A stretch of 64,000 nt of DNA from Takakia lepidozioides. Lineage: Eukaryota > Plantae > Bryophyta. Below the pieces are notes generated by a model. That model had not been told where the DNA came from and did not search any database. It was given only the letters and a program-made list of their open reading frames with translations. Positions 1-13,273 of the stretch are shown in pieces; within the stretch, counting starts at the first letter, position 1; every line of letters starts with the position of its first letter. The position numbers and the translations under genes were made by a program. The stretch is taken from positions 57,226,001 through 57,290,000 of the forward strand of contig CM060731.1 in the NCBI GenBank assembly GCA_030704615.1, given 5' to 3'.

Positions 1-419
1 TCAGCATTGTTCTGTCTGTGCATGCCAATTGCCCTTAATTTCTCGAAAAAGCATGCAGGAAGGGGCCCAGGATACAAGCTTGCCCTGCGAACATATAAGG
101 CACGAGCCCCAAGGCACAGCAAGATTTGATTGCAGCTGCACTTGCACTTGCACTTGCAGACAGGATCATGCAAGGTTTCAGTGCTTCCCTCGGTGTGAAA
201 ATTAGCAGATAGTCTTCTGCCAGTCTGTTTCCTCCCTGGAAAATGGTCTATGAACCTTGCGTTTGAATTCATTGATGCCATATCACCACAGGTAGGGGGC
301 CCCAGTCATTGCCTAGGTTGGTGTGTGAAAAAAAAATAACAGCTTCAAAGTACGGCCAAAGGCAGAGAAGATTCGCTATGGGAAATTGAAAGGCCCTGTC
401 GCAGCTGCAGGTGGCATCT

Positions 420-1173
420 CTATTGTTGCTGAGCAGGGGAGGCAGACTTGGAAGCAGCCTTGGCAGACTTGCTCGCCCAAAGCTTCTCCTTAAATTGCTT
501 GCTTGTCTCAAAATTTGCTTTCCTCTTCTCTGCTTTCTGCCAAACATAGACACAAATTGAATTGAATTGAACACTATTCTCTCTGTCTCCCCCTCTCATG
601 CATGGGCATTATTTCTCATTATTGATTGAGAGAAGTAGTCGGAAGGCTCCTTACCTCTTCACGAAAACATCGGTCAAGTTTTATCTTTAAATCGTTGCAT
701 GCGCCAAGGAACTTTTGAACAGGATGATCTTCATGACATTTCTTGAAGTCCAAAATAATCTGCAAGCATCCAACATGGACCCTCAATGAAAGCAGACAAA
801 GATAATTTAAATCATACGTATACGAAGCCGTGAACACAGCAAAGAGAAATGTCAACTGAAGAGCCTCGCTCCCGATACAATAGCACTTCAAGCTATGAAG
901 TGGACGTGGGGCAACCAGACAATGGCAGCCTCGATGGCGTGGCTCAAATTTCAATGCCTTTCATCCTTTCAGCTTCCTTTCTGTTCGCGTGGGAAATCCA
1001 GGCCCGGCCAGACTATAGTACCCAAACCCCTGGAATTCTAGTGCCATGGCCAATGCAGTGCCAACAGATCAACCATGACCCACAACCACGAACAATGCTG
1101 GACTTATCATAGACTAAAGGCAGGTCACCTGAGCACAAGAAGGATGCTTGTGCAGTGTTAGCGGCGGATGCAT
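420..1173 (-). CDS. CMC2: COX assembly mitochondrial protein 2-like twin CX9C protein, 3 exons (1173-1129, 759-655, 536-420), 88 aa
   Basis: Spliced product MHPPLTLHKHPSCAQ|IILDFKKCHEDHPVQKFLGACNDLKIKLDRCFREE|KAEKRKANFETSKQFKEKL...QQQ*. Two CX9C motifs, GT-AG phase-0 introns. Confidence 0.9.
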
Positions 1174-1652
1174 ATTGCCCTCTGCGATCTGCGATGCTCC
1201 TCGAAGCTCTTTACCAACCTTTATGAGAGGAGAGAGACGACCCAAACAGCATCGTGAACGATAAACGAACGCAGATTCTCTCTGTCGTCCTATCGTCCAT
1301 ATGGACGAACGGCAAGCAGGATGGCGGCGGAAAGCTGCCAGTCGATGTCGACGCAACTGCATCTTTTAACGAACGCAGATTCTCTGTCATATGAACGAAC
1401 GACAAAACAGGACGGTGCCGACGGAAATTTGCCCGTACGATACCGCCGACCTGCAACTTTCCGCCGTCAGTCCTTTGCTCCCTCTCCAAGTCTTCGTCTT
1501 CGTGTGGATTGATGAGTTCGGATTCTTGCCTCCAAGGTCTGCATCTCTCGAGTTGCAGTTGACACCCGCAGGTTAAGGAAGAAGAAAGAGCTTGAACAAG
1601 GGCAGAGGAGGAGGTTGGACTCTACAACTGTGCTGGGTGTTTTTTGGATCAT
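1174..1652. promoter_or_regulatory. Short divergent intergenic region between CMC2 and ATAD3, putative bidirectional promoter
   Basis: Start codons ~480 bp apart, head-to-head. Contains a diverged duplication starting AACGAACGCAGATTCTCT at 1264 and 1368. Confidence 0.5.
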
Positions 1653-4600
1653 ATGTTTCCAGATTTCTCAGCCGTGTCCCTTTTCTCCAGGTCCCCTGCT
1701 CCGGGGGAGGAAACCTTAGACCCTGCCTCCATGTTCCCCTCTGCATCCTCTTCCTCTTCCTCTCCTCTTCCCCCTTCGACTTCCACCCCGCAGACAGAGA
1801 AACCGAGGAATGATGCTCCCCGGACATCGGCTGTTGGATTCGATCCCGAGGCCTTGGAGAGGGGCGCCAAGGCGTTGCGCGAGATTAGCTCTTCCTCGAA
1901 TGCGAAGAAGGTTTGTGGGTCTACCGCCTGGATTGTAGCTAGACATTGAACTCAAAATTGAAGTCTGTAATTTTCTTTGGGACTGAAAACTGCCGGGCCT
2001 GCTTTAATACGTTACCGGAGTATTTGGGAACCAGGTATCCCCGCAACCATGACCATTCTTTCCTTGTTCATGCGATTCTCTAACTTAAACCCTAGTCAGG
2101 GTTTAGAGGCATGAATGGTGTAGTGATCTAGGAGACTTTGAATATTCACTGGGAACTCTGGTCACGACATACCCTTGGAACGGTTGATTGCGGAGAGCTA
2201 TTCATGGACTCTCACTCCGCCGTCATACTGACTTACGTGAATATCCTGGTGTTCTTACATAGCTGATGATAATCTGGCTAATGGGAGTCACGTTTTAATT
2301 TTAGGATTGGCATGATATTGATGCTGCAATCAACACTCCTCCCAGAGCCCACTCCATGAATTGGACACATGTGCTTGTGTTTGTGCTGCCAGGCGATTTG
2401 CAGTTGACACAGTGATCCAGAAAAGAAATAAGGACCTTAGTAGGGATTGGAAAGGGGAGAAGTGTGTGAAGCAGAGAATACAGGTTGTGGTCTTCTAAAG
2501 TTAAAGGGTTCTTTGTGGCTGTTAATTTTTGCCCTTTGAAATTCCTCACTTGCATTCTCCTATGTCATATCTGTGGTTTGTAGGTCTTCGAGTTGATGCG
2601 CAAGCAAGAAGATACGCGTCAAGCTGAGGAACATACTCGCCGGGCTGAATTTCAAGCCTTACAAGCCCAAAACGAGACAGTATGCATTCTTTCCACATGT
2701 ATCGCCTCTGTCCCGGCACTTGGTGTCCCTCTTTGTCTTATGCATTTTGACATACACTCCCACGATCTAAGGAGCAAAGGTGGACACTCCTCTGCTATCA
2801 GGGTAGTAGCTTAGTCCATTGCCAGGGATTCAGTACCGACTTTCTTCATCCACTGGTTCCTCATAATTACCCTACATTTTAGTACGTGGGGAGGAGGGAA
2901 GCCATACTTAAGTGGACAGTTGGCTATGCAAATCTGACATCTATGTTATAGTCATCTGGTTTTTTATGTGTCTTCAGCTAATATGATTGAGTGCAAACAG
3001 GAGAGGCAAAAAGTGATATATGAGGAGCAGAAGAAGTTGTCACAGCAGCAGGCTCAGACCAAGGCCCAATTGGCTCGCTATGAAGACGAACTTACTCGTA
3101 AGCGCATGCAGGTATTTGTTATTCATCTGTTTGTCTGTACCTATGCTGTAGTCTGCTCATGGGAGTCGACCCATAGCTGGAAGTCAATTGTGGTTCAGTT
3201 CTTTTTCTGGGTTACCCTTATTGATACCTGTGTAGAAGCCAAGGGATCAGTCACCACCCAAGTTGTCCAAATTAATGTCTTCCTTAAGGAGAAGAAAAGT
3301 CCTAACTGGAAATCAGTGCTCTGTGTACATTCCAGGCAGAGCATGAGGCACAGAGACAACGAAATGCAGAATTGGTTAAGATGCAAGAAGAGGCAGCAAT
3401 TCGTCAGGAGCAGATTCGAAGGAGTTCAGAGGAACAAATTCAAGCACAGCGCCGCCAGACAGAGAAAGAGAGGGCAGAAATTGAAAGGGAGACTATTCGA
3501 GTGAAAGCTATGGCAGAGGCTGAGGGGAGGGCCCATGAGGCGAAGATGGCTGAGGATGTCAACCGGCGAATGTTGTTGGAACGTGCCAACATGGAGAAGG
3601 AGAAGTGGCTTGCGGCAATCAACACTACGTTTGGACACATTGGAGGTATCACTTGTCTTGTCTTGTGCCTTCATATACTGAAAGCCACATCCTGAACTAC
3701 TGCACGTTGCTAAGTCGGCAGGCATAATTTCAATCTCAAATCCAGCCTTACGCTAATGTGACACACCGTTTGGTAGGTTCATTATTCTCTTGAAGCCTAC
3801 TCTGCAATGTAGTGAATGTCATGTTTATCCTTGCCCTCATGCATTTCCTGTGATTGAAAGACAGGCTGTATGCAGAGTGGGAATGTGTTGGAAGAGAAGG
3901 TAGAGATGTTTGGGTTTTGTGTCTCTGGAAGAGACAGATATACACAAGAACTTCAACAAGCAGGTCGCTACTTCGGTGTGGTTGTGGCCCAAGCTCACCA
4001 TGGCCTGTTCAATAAAAAGAGTAGGGATGCTGGGGACTTAATGGAGTGTAGGGGAGAGAGAAGTAAGGCGGTGTGTATTATATGTGCATGGAAGGTGGGC
4101 TGAAGGCAATACTTACGGACCAGGACAAACTTGTGGTTGCTGTGGGAGGAGCTACGGCCCTTGCTGCTGGAGTCTACACAACCAGGTTTGTTTCCTGATT
4201 TCCCCTCTTTGCCCTCCCTTTCTCACTGAGGGCCCTACGCTTCTTCATGCAGAAGGCCTATGTCACATAAATAGGGAATCTGGTGGGAGATTCACCAAGT
4301 ATGCTAAAGCTAATTTAACCTTTCTTTATGTTGCTATGTTTGTATTACTTGTAGCAGAGACTCTTTTGTCATGGCACTTGATGGGTCTTGTGTCTGTCTA
4401 AGGAATTTGATAGCTAAGTCAAATTGCTTGATTACAGAGAAGGTGCGCGTGTGTTGTGGGGTTATGTTGACCGAGTACTGGGGCAGCCTGCCTTGATTCG
4501 GGAATCATCAAGAGGGAAATACCCATGGTCAAGATTTTTAAGTCGTCGCAGCAGCACAGTTGCTGGAGCTGGGGGCACCCCTCCGAGTGCTGGGGCAGCA

Positions 4601-7462
4601 GAACAGACACAAATGATGAAAAGCGGGAAAGGGTTTGGTGATGTTATCCTACATCCGTCACTTCATACCAGAATTCGCCAGCTGGCATCGGCGACTTCCA
4701 ACACAAAACTGCACGCAGCACCATACCGTAACATGTTATTTTATGGGCCTCCAGGCACTGGCAAAACTATGGCAGCCAAGGAGCTGGCTCAGCAGTCGGT
4801 AGGTTATTAGTGCCCGAACATTTAAAATGCCAAGATTGAGATAATGATCAGAGGACAGAATGTACTCATGAGACGTTGTTTGCTGTAGCCTTGTGGGCAT
4901 TGACCCCGCGCCGAGTTTGAGCAAACACAAAGGGACAGAACCTACCTTTGTCAGGGGCTGACGCCCGTAGTAAGACTTACCTTGGAATAAACAATTGATC
5001 CGGATTTCCAGATATCCTCTAGAAATCCCTTTACACAAGCATCAACCTGCTGTGTGTGGTTTGCCCAATAGCTAGGCCCCTTTTGGGCTAAAAGGGGCCT
5101 AGCTATTGGGCAAACCACACACAGCAGGTTGATGCTTGTGTAAAGGATCAGAGGATAAAAACGAACTGATGTGCAATAGGGGTCTGGGCTTGCTGCTTCC
5201 CATCGTCCTATGCTCATAGATCCAATGTGGTAAAGGGATGGAGCAGCTACTGTGTGGAAGTTACTGAATTCTACCCTAAGTCTAGCCAATGTCAGTGACA
5301 GCTTGTTTTGTCAAGAAATTGTCATAAATTGTTTCTCTGCAGTACGTTGTCTTGAATTTTGTAATGGTTGATTGTCTCCTTTCATGTATTTCAAGGAGGT
5401 TCAGGCAAGACATTGAAAAGCAGAAAACAGTCAAGTTCCTGAAAGATTGGAGAAGACTTATGTACACTCCAAATTAAGAGCATGTATGTCCATAATCACT
5501 CATAATGAATAGTTTAGTATACTTGTTTATTTCCTCATGACCCTTATACAGAAATGTATCAGTTTATGAGCGGGCTTTTGTTAAATCTTATGCCTTCGCT
5601 CCATGTCTGGTTGTAGTGCTGAATGAATGCTTCTTGTGTGTTTTCCTGGAACAGGGCTTGGACTATGCATTAATGACAGGTGGTGATGTGGCACCACTCG
5701 GACCGGCAGCAGTGACCAAAATCCACGAACTTTTCGACTGGGCTGGGAAGAGCCACAAGGGCCTTATTCTTTTCATTGATGAGGCTGACGCATTTCTGTG
5801 CGAGTACGTGTATTGGCTTTTCTTCAGCGCTATGACCCTCAGTATGCTGCATTTTCACTACACAAACTTATGTCGAGTCAAGGTCAATAGCCATTTTCTG
5901 GATCATCAAGAATCACTGCAGAGCATCTAGTGAGAGTGGGGTGTTTTCTTCTCTTGTAATCAGAGTATGCCGAAATTTCATGCATCCCAGGGGCATTGCA
6001 GGCGTAACAAGACAAACATGAGTGAGGCGCAGCGTAGTGCATTGAATGCATTGCTCTATCGCACTGGAGACCAATCACGAGACATTGTATTAGTGCTTGC
6101 TACAAATCGGCCTGGTGATTTGGATAGAGCAGTGACTGATCGGGTTGATGAGGTCCTGGAGTTCCCACTTCCTGGAGAGGAAGAGCGGGTGAAGCTCTTG
6201 AAACTTTATCTGGAGAAGTACATTGCACAGGCTGGAAGGCAAGCACGGGGTTGGAAAACTTGGCTCCGGGGTCACCAAGACAACATTGAAATCAAGGGGA
6301 TTACTGATGACATTATCAGAGAGGCAGGTCGCAAGACTGAAGGATTCTCAGGGCGAGAGATCGCTAAAATGATGGCGAGCGTCCAAGTGAGTCCCTTGCA
6401 AGTACTTGATGCTTTCTGATCCATATGCAGTAGATTTGTCTATAAGTTGTGTTTTGTGGCTTCTGACAAAGTTGTTCCCTTCAACTCAGTGGTTGGAACC
6501 AGTGGTGTGCAGTTATTTAAATTTTCTACTATCAGGTTATTTGATTATTGCATCCTCTAGGAACCCCCGCCGGGTACTTGACAGTTTACGCTTTTTAGTA
6601 ACCTGCCAGTTTGTCAATAGCAGGGGCAGTTTTGCCGGTTACTAGACCCAGTTCTTTCAATGGTAATATCCAGCGGTTATGTATACCAGTTACCAGTTGC
6701 TAATTTCTGATACCCGGAACAAAGAACCTGCTGTTTTATTAGGGAAATAAAAACTCAGATTTTGCAAACAAAGCCAAGGGTTCATGCAGCCTGAACACAA
6801 ATCAAAGAAAGTAAAGGAAGGGGAGGGCAATTCACGTACCTCCTAAAACCTAATGTCTGCTCTAGGTCATACCTGGGACTAGCCTACCTCATTTACCCAC
6901 CAGATCCACCATGGATTATGTTGATAACCTGGTGATTCTTGGGGCATGTTCCATTTCTCGGAAACAAAACAATACTTTTTTTACACTGGGTACCAGTCCC
7001 ATGTGGTTTATCTGGGCCCCTCCCCTCCACCGGTTCCGAACCATGCCGGATACCTGGTCCCCGCTGGATGGGAACATGTGGGTTTTTGAGGCGAAGTCAA
7101 ATTACTGCACAGTACTGGTTGGAAAAGCACTAACCTAAGAAGATAGCCATTGTAGTAATTTATGTATCAAAAGAGTGTTGTCCCTCAAATAAGGCATTCC
7201 TGATAACTCAGCAAATGAGGGATGCATGCGGTTGTGAGCCTTTCAATAACTATTGTTAGTAATTTGATTCTTACCTTCCAGACTATGCATTGGCTGAATG
7301 TGGGATCCATGCTCTCACTCATTCACAAATTGGCTGCAGGGGGCTGTCTATGGAAGTCTGAAAAGTGTGTTGGATGCCGATTTGTTTCGGGAGGTCGTGG
7401 ATTACAAGGCTGCTGAGCATGCTCAGCGGCGGCGGCTGGCTAAGGATGGGGCTGATAAGTAA
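1653..7462 (+). CDS. ATAD3: ATPase family AAA domain-containing protein 3, 9 exons (1653?-1910, 2584-2679, 3001-3111, 3336-3645, 4095-4185, 4438-4798, 5655-5803, 6002-6386, 7340-7462)
   Basis: N-terminal GFDPEALERGAKAL and coiled coil, Walker A GPPGTGKT, Walker B LILFIDEADAF, LATNRPGDLD, GFSGREIAK. GT-AG junctions keep the frame. Start codon uncertain (1653 or 1731). Confidence 0.92.
5028..5146. repeat. Perfect 57-bp inverted repeat with 5-nt loop in ATAD3 intron 6
   Basis: 5028-5084 is the exact reverse complement of 5090-5146; loop GGGCT. Confidence 0.9.
6500..7117. mobile_element. Non-autonomous hAT-like element in ATAD3 intron 8
   Basis: Imperfect TIRs CAGTGGTGTGCAGT / ACTGCACAGTACTG; 8-bp TSD GTTGGAAC (6492-6499) / GTTGGAAA (7118-7125). 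Confidence 0.65.
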
Positions 7463-8226
7463 CAGGGTCTGACTTTTCTTATGGAGAAATGGGCTAGCCA
7501 TGAACGCTGACGGTATTTCCTCCTCTCTGTTTAAGCTCAAGTATGCTCGGTTGGTGGGAACGCCAATGAGGAGATTTTGATCCCAAGTTTTGGAACCAAG
7601 TTAGACTAGGTGAATTTTTTGTGAAGCCATCAGCACAATAAGAGAGAGGTTCAACACATATGTGGGATTGGAGGCGTAGAGATATTAGTTCTCCTGAGGC
7701 CGAGTTCGGTTTTTGGTTGGGTTATAAAAGGCTATTTTGCATTCAATTGGGGCATCTCAGCCCCATAGAAAATGTAGTTACACTTTCAGCAGCATTCAAT
7801 AGCAGAAGGTGCATTGAATGCCCACTTAGGGGAAGATGGAATACTTCCAAATTGTCTCAATCTTTGTTCTACTTTCACTTTGATGATATAACTTGCCATG
7901 TTCAGTCTCATGATCTGGACATCTTTCCTGAATTAATGCCTTTCGGCGAAGGTAAATAATGGAGGACGATTCTGGTGGTAAACGACTCTCTGCTGTCTTT
8001 GCCTTTTCTTTCTCTCCCTCACAAAAAAGTTTGAATATATATACCAGCAGATCCAGATGCTGCAGAAAGCTCTAAAGGAGCCAGTTAAGTAGGCCTGCTG
8101 TAGGGCGGTTGAGCCTGTGTGGCTCACCCAGGGTGCACTTGAGCAGAGTTCTCTCACGGAATTGCTGTTGTGCTTGCAGATGTTTCTCGTGTATACCTAG
8201 TGTCTGAGATCCCACCAGGGCACAGG

Positions 8227-8750
8227 TCAGTGTTCTTCTGTCTGTAGAATGCTACTGTGTGGAACCAATCTTGTCTATCAATGCTTGCAGGACAGGCAGC
8301 TGGATGAACACATCATGTCCTGCACAACATGTACAGTATAAGTCCTAAGGCACAGGGAGCCTTGAGTGAAGCTGCGCTTGCCCTTGAAACACCAAGGTTG
8401 CCATCCCCTCCCCAGTGGGAAAATTTACCAGATATTTCTGCCAGGCTTTATCTTCCCCACAACAGTTCTGCATCTGAGCCATAATGACCACAAGTAGGGG
8501 GCCTGAGCCATTGGGAAGCTTGGAGCCTGCAGTGACAAGAACAGTTGCAAGGTGTGGCCAAAACATGAGGTGGTTTACTGAACGCAATGCAAACATCGCT
8601 GTGCAAAAGAGCAGCCTTGGAAGATTTGCTCATCCAATGCTTCCCCTTAAGCTGTTTGCTTGCCTAAAAATTGGACTTTGGTTTCTCTGCTTTCTGTCAA
8701 ACGTAGACACAAAATGAAATGAATTGAACGATGCTCTCTCTCTCTCTCTC
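8227..8750 (-). pseudogene. Degenerate duplicate of CMC2 last exon, flanking intron and 3' region
   Basis: Collinear similarity to 1-595, e.g. 8684-8730 CTCTGCTTTCTGTCAAACGTAGACACAAAATGAAATGAATTGAAC vs 528-572. Reading frame not preserved. Confidence 0.65.
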
Positions 8751-10389
8751 TGCGTTCCTTTTGTTCCGCCCAAACTGGGCACAGGGTCAACGGCCACATG
8801 CCTACGGCAAACAACGTCCTATGAGTACGTTCTCTGTGCATGAGCGCTGCAACTGGACGCAACTTTGGGGTTCTTGATATCTTCTTTTGTTTTTTTTGGT
8901 AGTTCAGGTGTCCCAGAGGCACTTGCGCCTCCCATGGACGTTGTATATTCTTGCTTCTTCCGTTTCTGTGTTTCTGAGGGGTTCCTGCAGCATGTCTGGG
9001 TACTGCAATAACAGCCACATGTCAAATCTGTCCTTTAGGTGAAGGCTTAGGCAACATAGTAAATGTGGTATGATGGCTATACTATGTACAGAGCGGAAGA
9101 GTTCATCAGACATCTGTCCAAGGGTTGTCTCTCTATGCTAGTGTCTTCTTCGGAGATGTAATATAAACCAATTCCAGGTTCACTTAAAAAATCTAGTTAA
9201 ATTAATTCAATTGATGTATGTGGAGGCGGGAAGGAAACCCAATGTAGATAATCTTTACACTTGCTGTAGGAAGATCGTATAGTTATAATGGATTGATGGA
9301 GGTAGAGTTAGGAGAGGAGAATGGAATTAGACTCCTTGGCTGAAACATATGTAACCCGTTTTGAACACTTCTAATTTCAGACTCGATAGATGCATTTGAG
9401 TACAAAGGATGGTCGGTAGATTGAGAAACATGCACATCACCAGTGAGCCATGATTCCGGCATTGATTCAAGGTTGTGGTAGGACTGACAAGGCCAAGAGG
9501 CTGAAGTTAGGAACATATTGTTTGGGGGGTGGGGGGGGGGTATGCTCATCGACTAAACAACTACTTACTGATGATCAATGACGAGATTGTGGGGGTAGTG
9601 AGGTTGTCTGTCAGTGTGCCCCTTGCAACATGCGAAGTATAAGAGGAGCCACAAGTACCTCAACTTGGATGAGAACTTTCCGTAAGCCAACTGAGCAAAA
9701 GTCTTCAAACGCTCTTTGGAAACATGTCTACGAAAATGATTGGAAAACTCGGTAAGAAAGTGTTATTAGGAACACCCAGAAAGTCCATCAGCAACTTCTC
9801 TCCCAACTCTTAAACTATTGCTGCCGATGCACATAACACTTCATTCTATTGCGACTGTTGAAGATCCTCATAACCCATAAAACTACGAAGACGATCACCC
9901 CTGGGATGTCTTCAAACATCAATCCACTCATGGCATGTATACTAGGTATAAACATTCATATCTTGGCACGAGGAGACAGGTGGTCTTCCACGGAGTGCGA
10001 AACTTGATCGCGTTCATACATGCAGTGAGCAACAGCACTTCTCCCGAAAAGACGAGGTGGGCTACATGAGAGAGAGAGAGAGAGGGGAGGGTGGGGGGTT
10101 CGTGGATGCTTTTAGACCCTAGTCCATGTTATGAAATTGGCATATTTTTTCCGTGGGCAATCAGCGGCCCCGGGAATGATTGATATTGTTTCCCTTGAGT
10201 ACAGAGCTGGACCCACAAACGAGCAAGGGAGTGGATTAGGACCGTTGCACTCAGGGGTCAAAAACAGGAAGAGAAGCGAGGGAAGGGTTATGAGGGGATG
10301 AGGAGGAGGTGATTTAAAGGCAATTGCCAATTAGTAAGTAGGGACGCGTGGTGGAGAAGGGGTCAGCTCCAGCTGCTTCAGGTGTGGCC

Positions 10390-10766
10390 ATGGTGGCAGA
10401 TGGATCCAATAAGCAGAGGGTCAGGCCTGAGTGGCTGCAGCAATACGAGTTGGTTGGTAAAATTGGGGAGGGCACCTATGGACTGGTCTATCTGGCTCGC
10501 AGCAAGCAGCTGCCCCACCGGTATGTATTCCACATTCATCCCGCCATTGATTTTTCCCAACACCTAACCCTAACGCTAGTTTTTCTTTCGTTGACATTGT
10601 GACCGCTGTCCCTCTGTGGGTGTATGTGCGTGTTTTATACTGAAAGCCTCACGGTGGTTCTCTGAATCTGGCATGAAGATGCCCTTAAGGGTGCATGTAA
10701 GATTCACAGAAAATGGTCGGTGTAGGAATCATTCTTGGGGTCGTTGTCCAAATGATTAGCGAAAGC

Positions 10767-10804
<38 letters not shown>

Positions 10805-12746
10805 CTACCGGAAGGGTTAGTTTCCCGCTAGGCGATCGCGATGGCCCTAAGGCTATGGCATGCCAACGTTGGCCTGGAACGGCATGAGACATTCTCTGCA
10901 GCTTACCTGCATGATGCTGTCTTTTGTTCTACCGTGCCCCGTTGGTTCATGTGGGTTTAAACTCTTTTCGTATGGACATAGTCCATTATTTCTCTCTTCC
11001 CCATTATGCAACCTGCAACCTACTCTGTAACAAAATGGTTGATGCAATTACAGGGGCATGCGGATAGCTATCAAGAAATTTAAGCAATCTAAGGAGGGCG
11101 ATGGAGTTTCACCAACTGCAATTAGAGAGATAATGCTGCTGCGGGAGTGTATCCATGAGAACATTGTGAAGTTGGTGAATGTTCACATCAACCATAGTGA
11201 CATGTCTCTGTATCTGGCATTTGATTATGCTGAGCATGATTTATATGAGATTATTCGGCATCACCGTGAAAAATTAAGTTTCGCTATCAATCAGTACACA
11301 GTGAAATCACTCCTTTGGCAGATTCTCAATGGATTGAATTACCTTCATAGTAATTGGATCATTCATCGCGACCTGAAGCCCTCAAACATATTGGTGATGG
11401 GAGAAGGGGAGGAGCAGGGGGTGGTGAAAATTGGTGACTTCGGGCTGGCTCGTATCTTTCAGGCACCGTTAAAACCGCTCTGCGATAATGGCGTTGTTGT
11501 AACTATCTGGTACAGGGCTCCAGAGTTACTGCTTGGGGTGAAGCACTACACCAGTGCAGTTGACATGTGGGCAGTTGGATGCATATTTGCGGAATTGCTG
11601 ACACTGAAGCCGCTTTTCCAGGTAAAGCTGCACTTGGAAAGCTTTACTCATTAGCACATCTTTCTTGATGTTGCATTTCTATTGACGTTCAGTTCGAGTA
11701 AGCTCAATCTGGATGCTATCTAGTGGTGAGAGGGTTTGGGTAGTTCCTCATTGAGTCTGTCATCCAACTCAAAAGAGTTACATCCTGCAAGGCAAGACTA
11801 TGGGGTCAGAGGGATAAGTTCATGTTCCGAGTGTCTTTTCTTAGAGAGTTTTACCAAAGTGTGCAGTCTCTCTCTTTATTCATTTCAAAAGTGTAATTGA
11901 GTCTTACTGTATGGATACGTTCCTTAGGGAATTGAAGACAAAAGTACGCCAAATCCATTCCAACTGGATCAGCTTGACAAGATCTTCAAAGTGTTGGGCC
12001 ACCCGACGGCTGAGAAGTGGCCTACTCTGTTGCATCTTCCACACTGGCACACCAATCGGCAGATGATTCAGGGCAGGAAGTATGAGAATCCAGGGCTTTA
12101 TAGCATTGTCCAATTGTTACAGAAAAGTGCAGCATTTGATCTACTTTCACGTATGTTGGAGTATGATCCAGCGAAACGTATTACAGCAGCCCAGGCTTTA
12201 GACCACGAGTATTTTCGCACAGATCCTTTGCCAGGCCGCAATGCTCTGGTTCCAGGCCAACCAGGGGAGAAGGTAATCCCAACTGAATCCTGACTACAAG
12301 CTCATTTACCACTGTGTCTGTCGCATCAGCTTTACTAAGACTCTGCACTTCTTTTTGGCCAATTGTGTGCTCAGGTGGTGAATTATCCTGCCCGCCCTGT
12401 TGACTTCTCCACAGAGTTTGACAGTACAACCACTGCCCCTTCTTCCCAGATGGCCCCTTCAAACAACCTCTCGGGTGCACCTTTGCAAATTCACCCATCC
12501 ATGAACATGGTAGGATTGCAGCAGCAGCAAAGGGTTCAGAATTCAAGCATGGGCAATGCCTTGGGCGTGAACCCACAAGGCTCCATGCACGGGATGAACA
12601 CTGCTGGTAACATGTTTGTTCAGCGAGGGGCTCCAGGTGCTCCTCAACAGCAACAACCACAGCAGCAACAAGGGAACCGGAGGAAGGACCAAAGTAATGC
12701 GAACTACCCACATTACCAGCCTCCCAATAAGTCCAGGCGCATGTGA
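10390..12746 (+). CDS. CDKE1: Cyclin-dependent kinase E-1 (CDK8, Mediator kinase), 4 exons (10390-10520, 11054-11621, 11928-12272, 12375-12746)
   Basis: GEGTYG loop, diagnostic SPTAIRE cyclin-binding motif, [24 protein letters not shown]-rich C-terminus. Confidence 0.95.
10771..10802 (+). repeat. (CT)n microsatellite in CDKE intron 1
   Basis: Direct read of a TC run. Confidence 0.9.
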
Positions 12747-13273
12747 GACAGTTACTGCAGGTGGTGCGATGTAGTGAGCCCACGTCTCTAGAAGAGAACA
12801 TTCTCTTACTGGGGAAAAAGGTTTTGGAGCCATGAAAAGTACTCTAGACCACTTGAAGAAGGGCCAGAACTCTGTGTCGTTCAAAGTCAATCCAAGATTA
12901 GAAGGATTGAAAATACTCTGTAAGGTCATCCCCATTCTCTCACTGTGGTGAGAAGCCTTATTGAACCTATTTGTCCTCCGTTGGGTGGTGTGCAATGTCA
13001 AACATGTCACCCCAGAATGTCGAATTAGACACAGTACATTTTTTCATCTCAAGCTCACTTCAGTTTTTGAACTGATGTGACAAGCCGGATGGCGAGGGAA
13101 GTTATATGAAACAGTTTGACGGCATAAAAAAGAATTGCGTATCATGAACTGACGCTTTATTCTGTACTGTTGTCTATAATTTGGCCGGACTGTTGGTGGT
13201 TTGGTGAAGGGGATACATAATCTCTGTTGAGTGGCACTCCCAGGAGAGAGGCTAGAGGAGATGACAATCACTA

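Noticed and set aside
9130-10070. Possible coding relic
   Set aside because: The frame I read is broken by stops, no long ORF is listed and no motif is recognisable.
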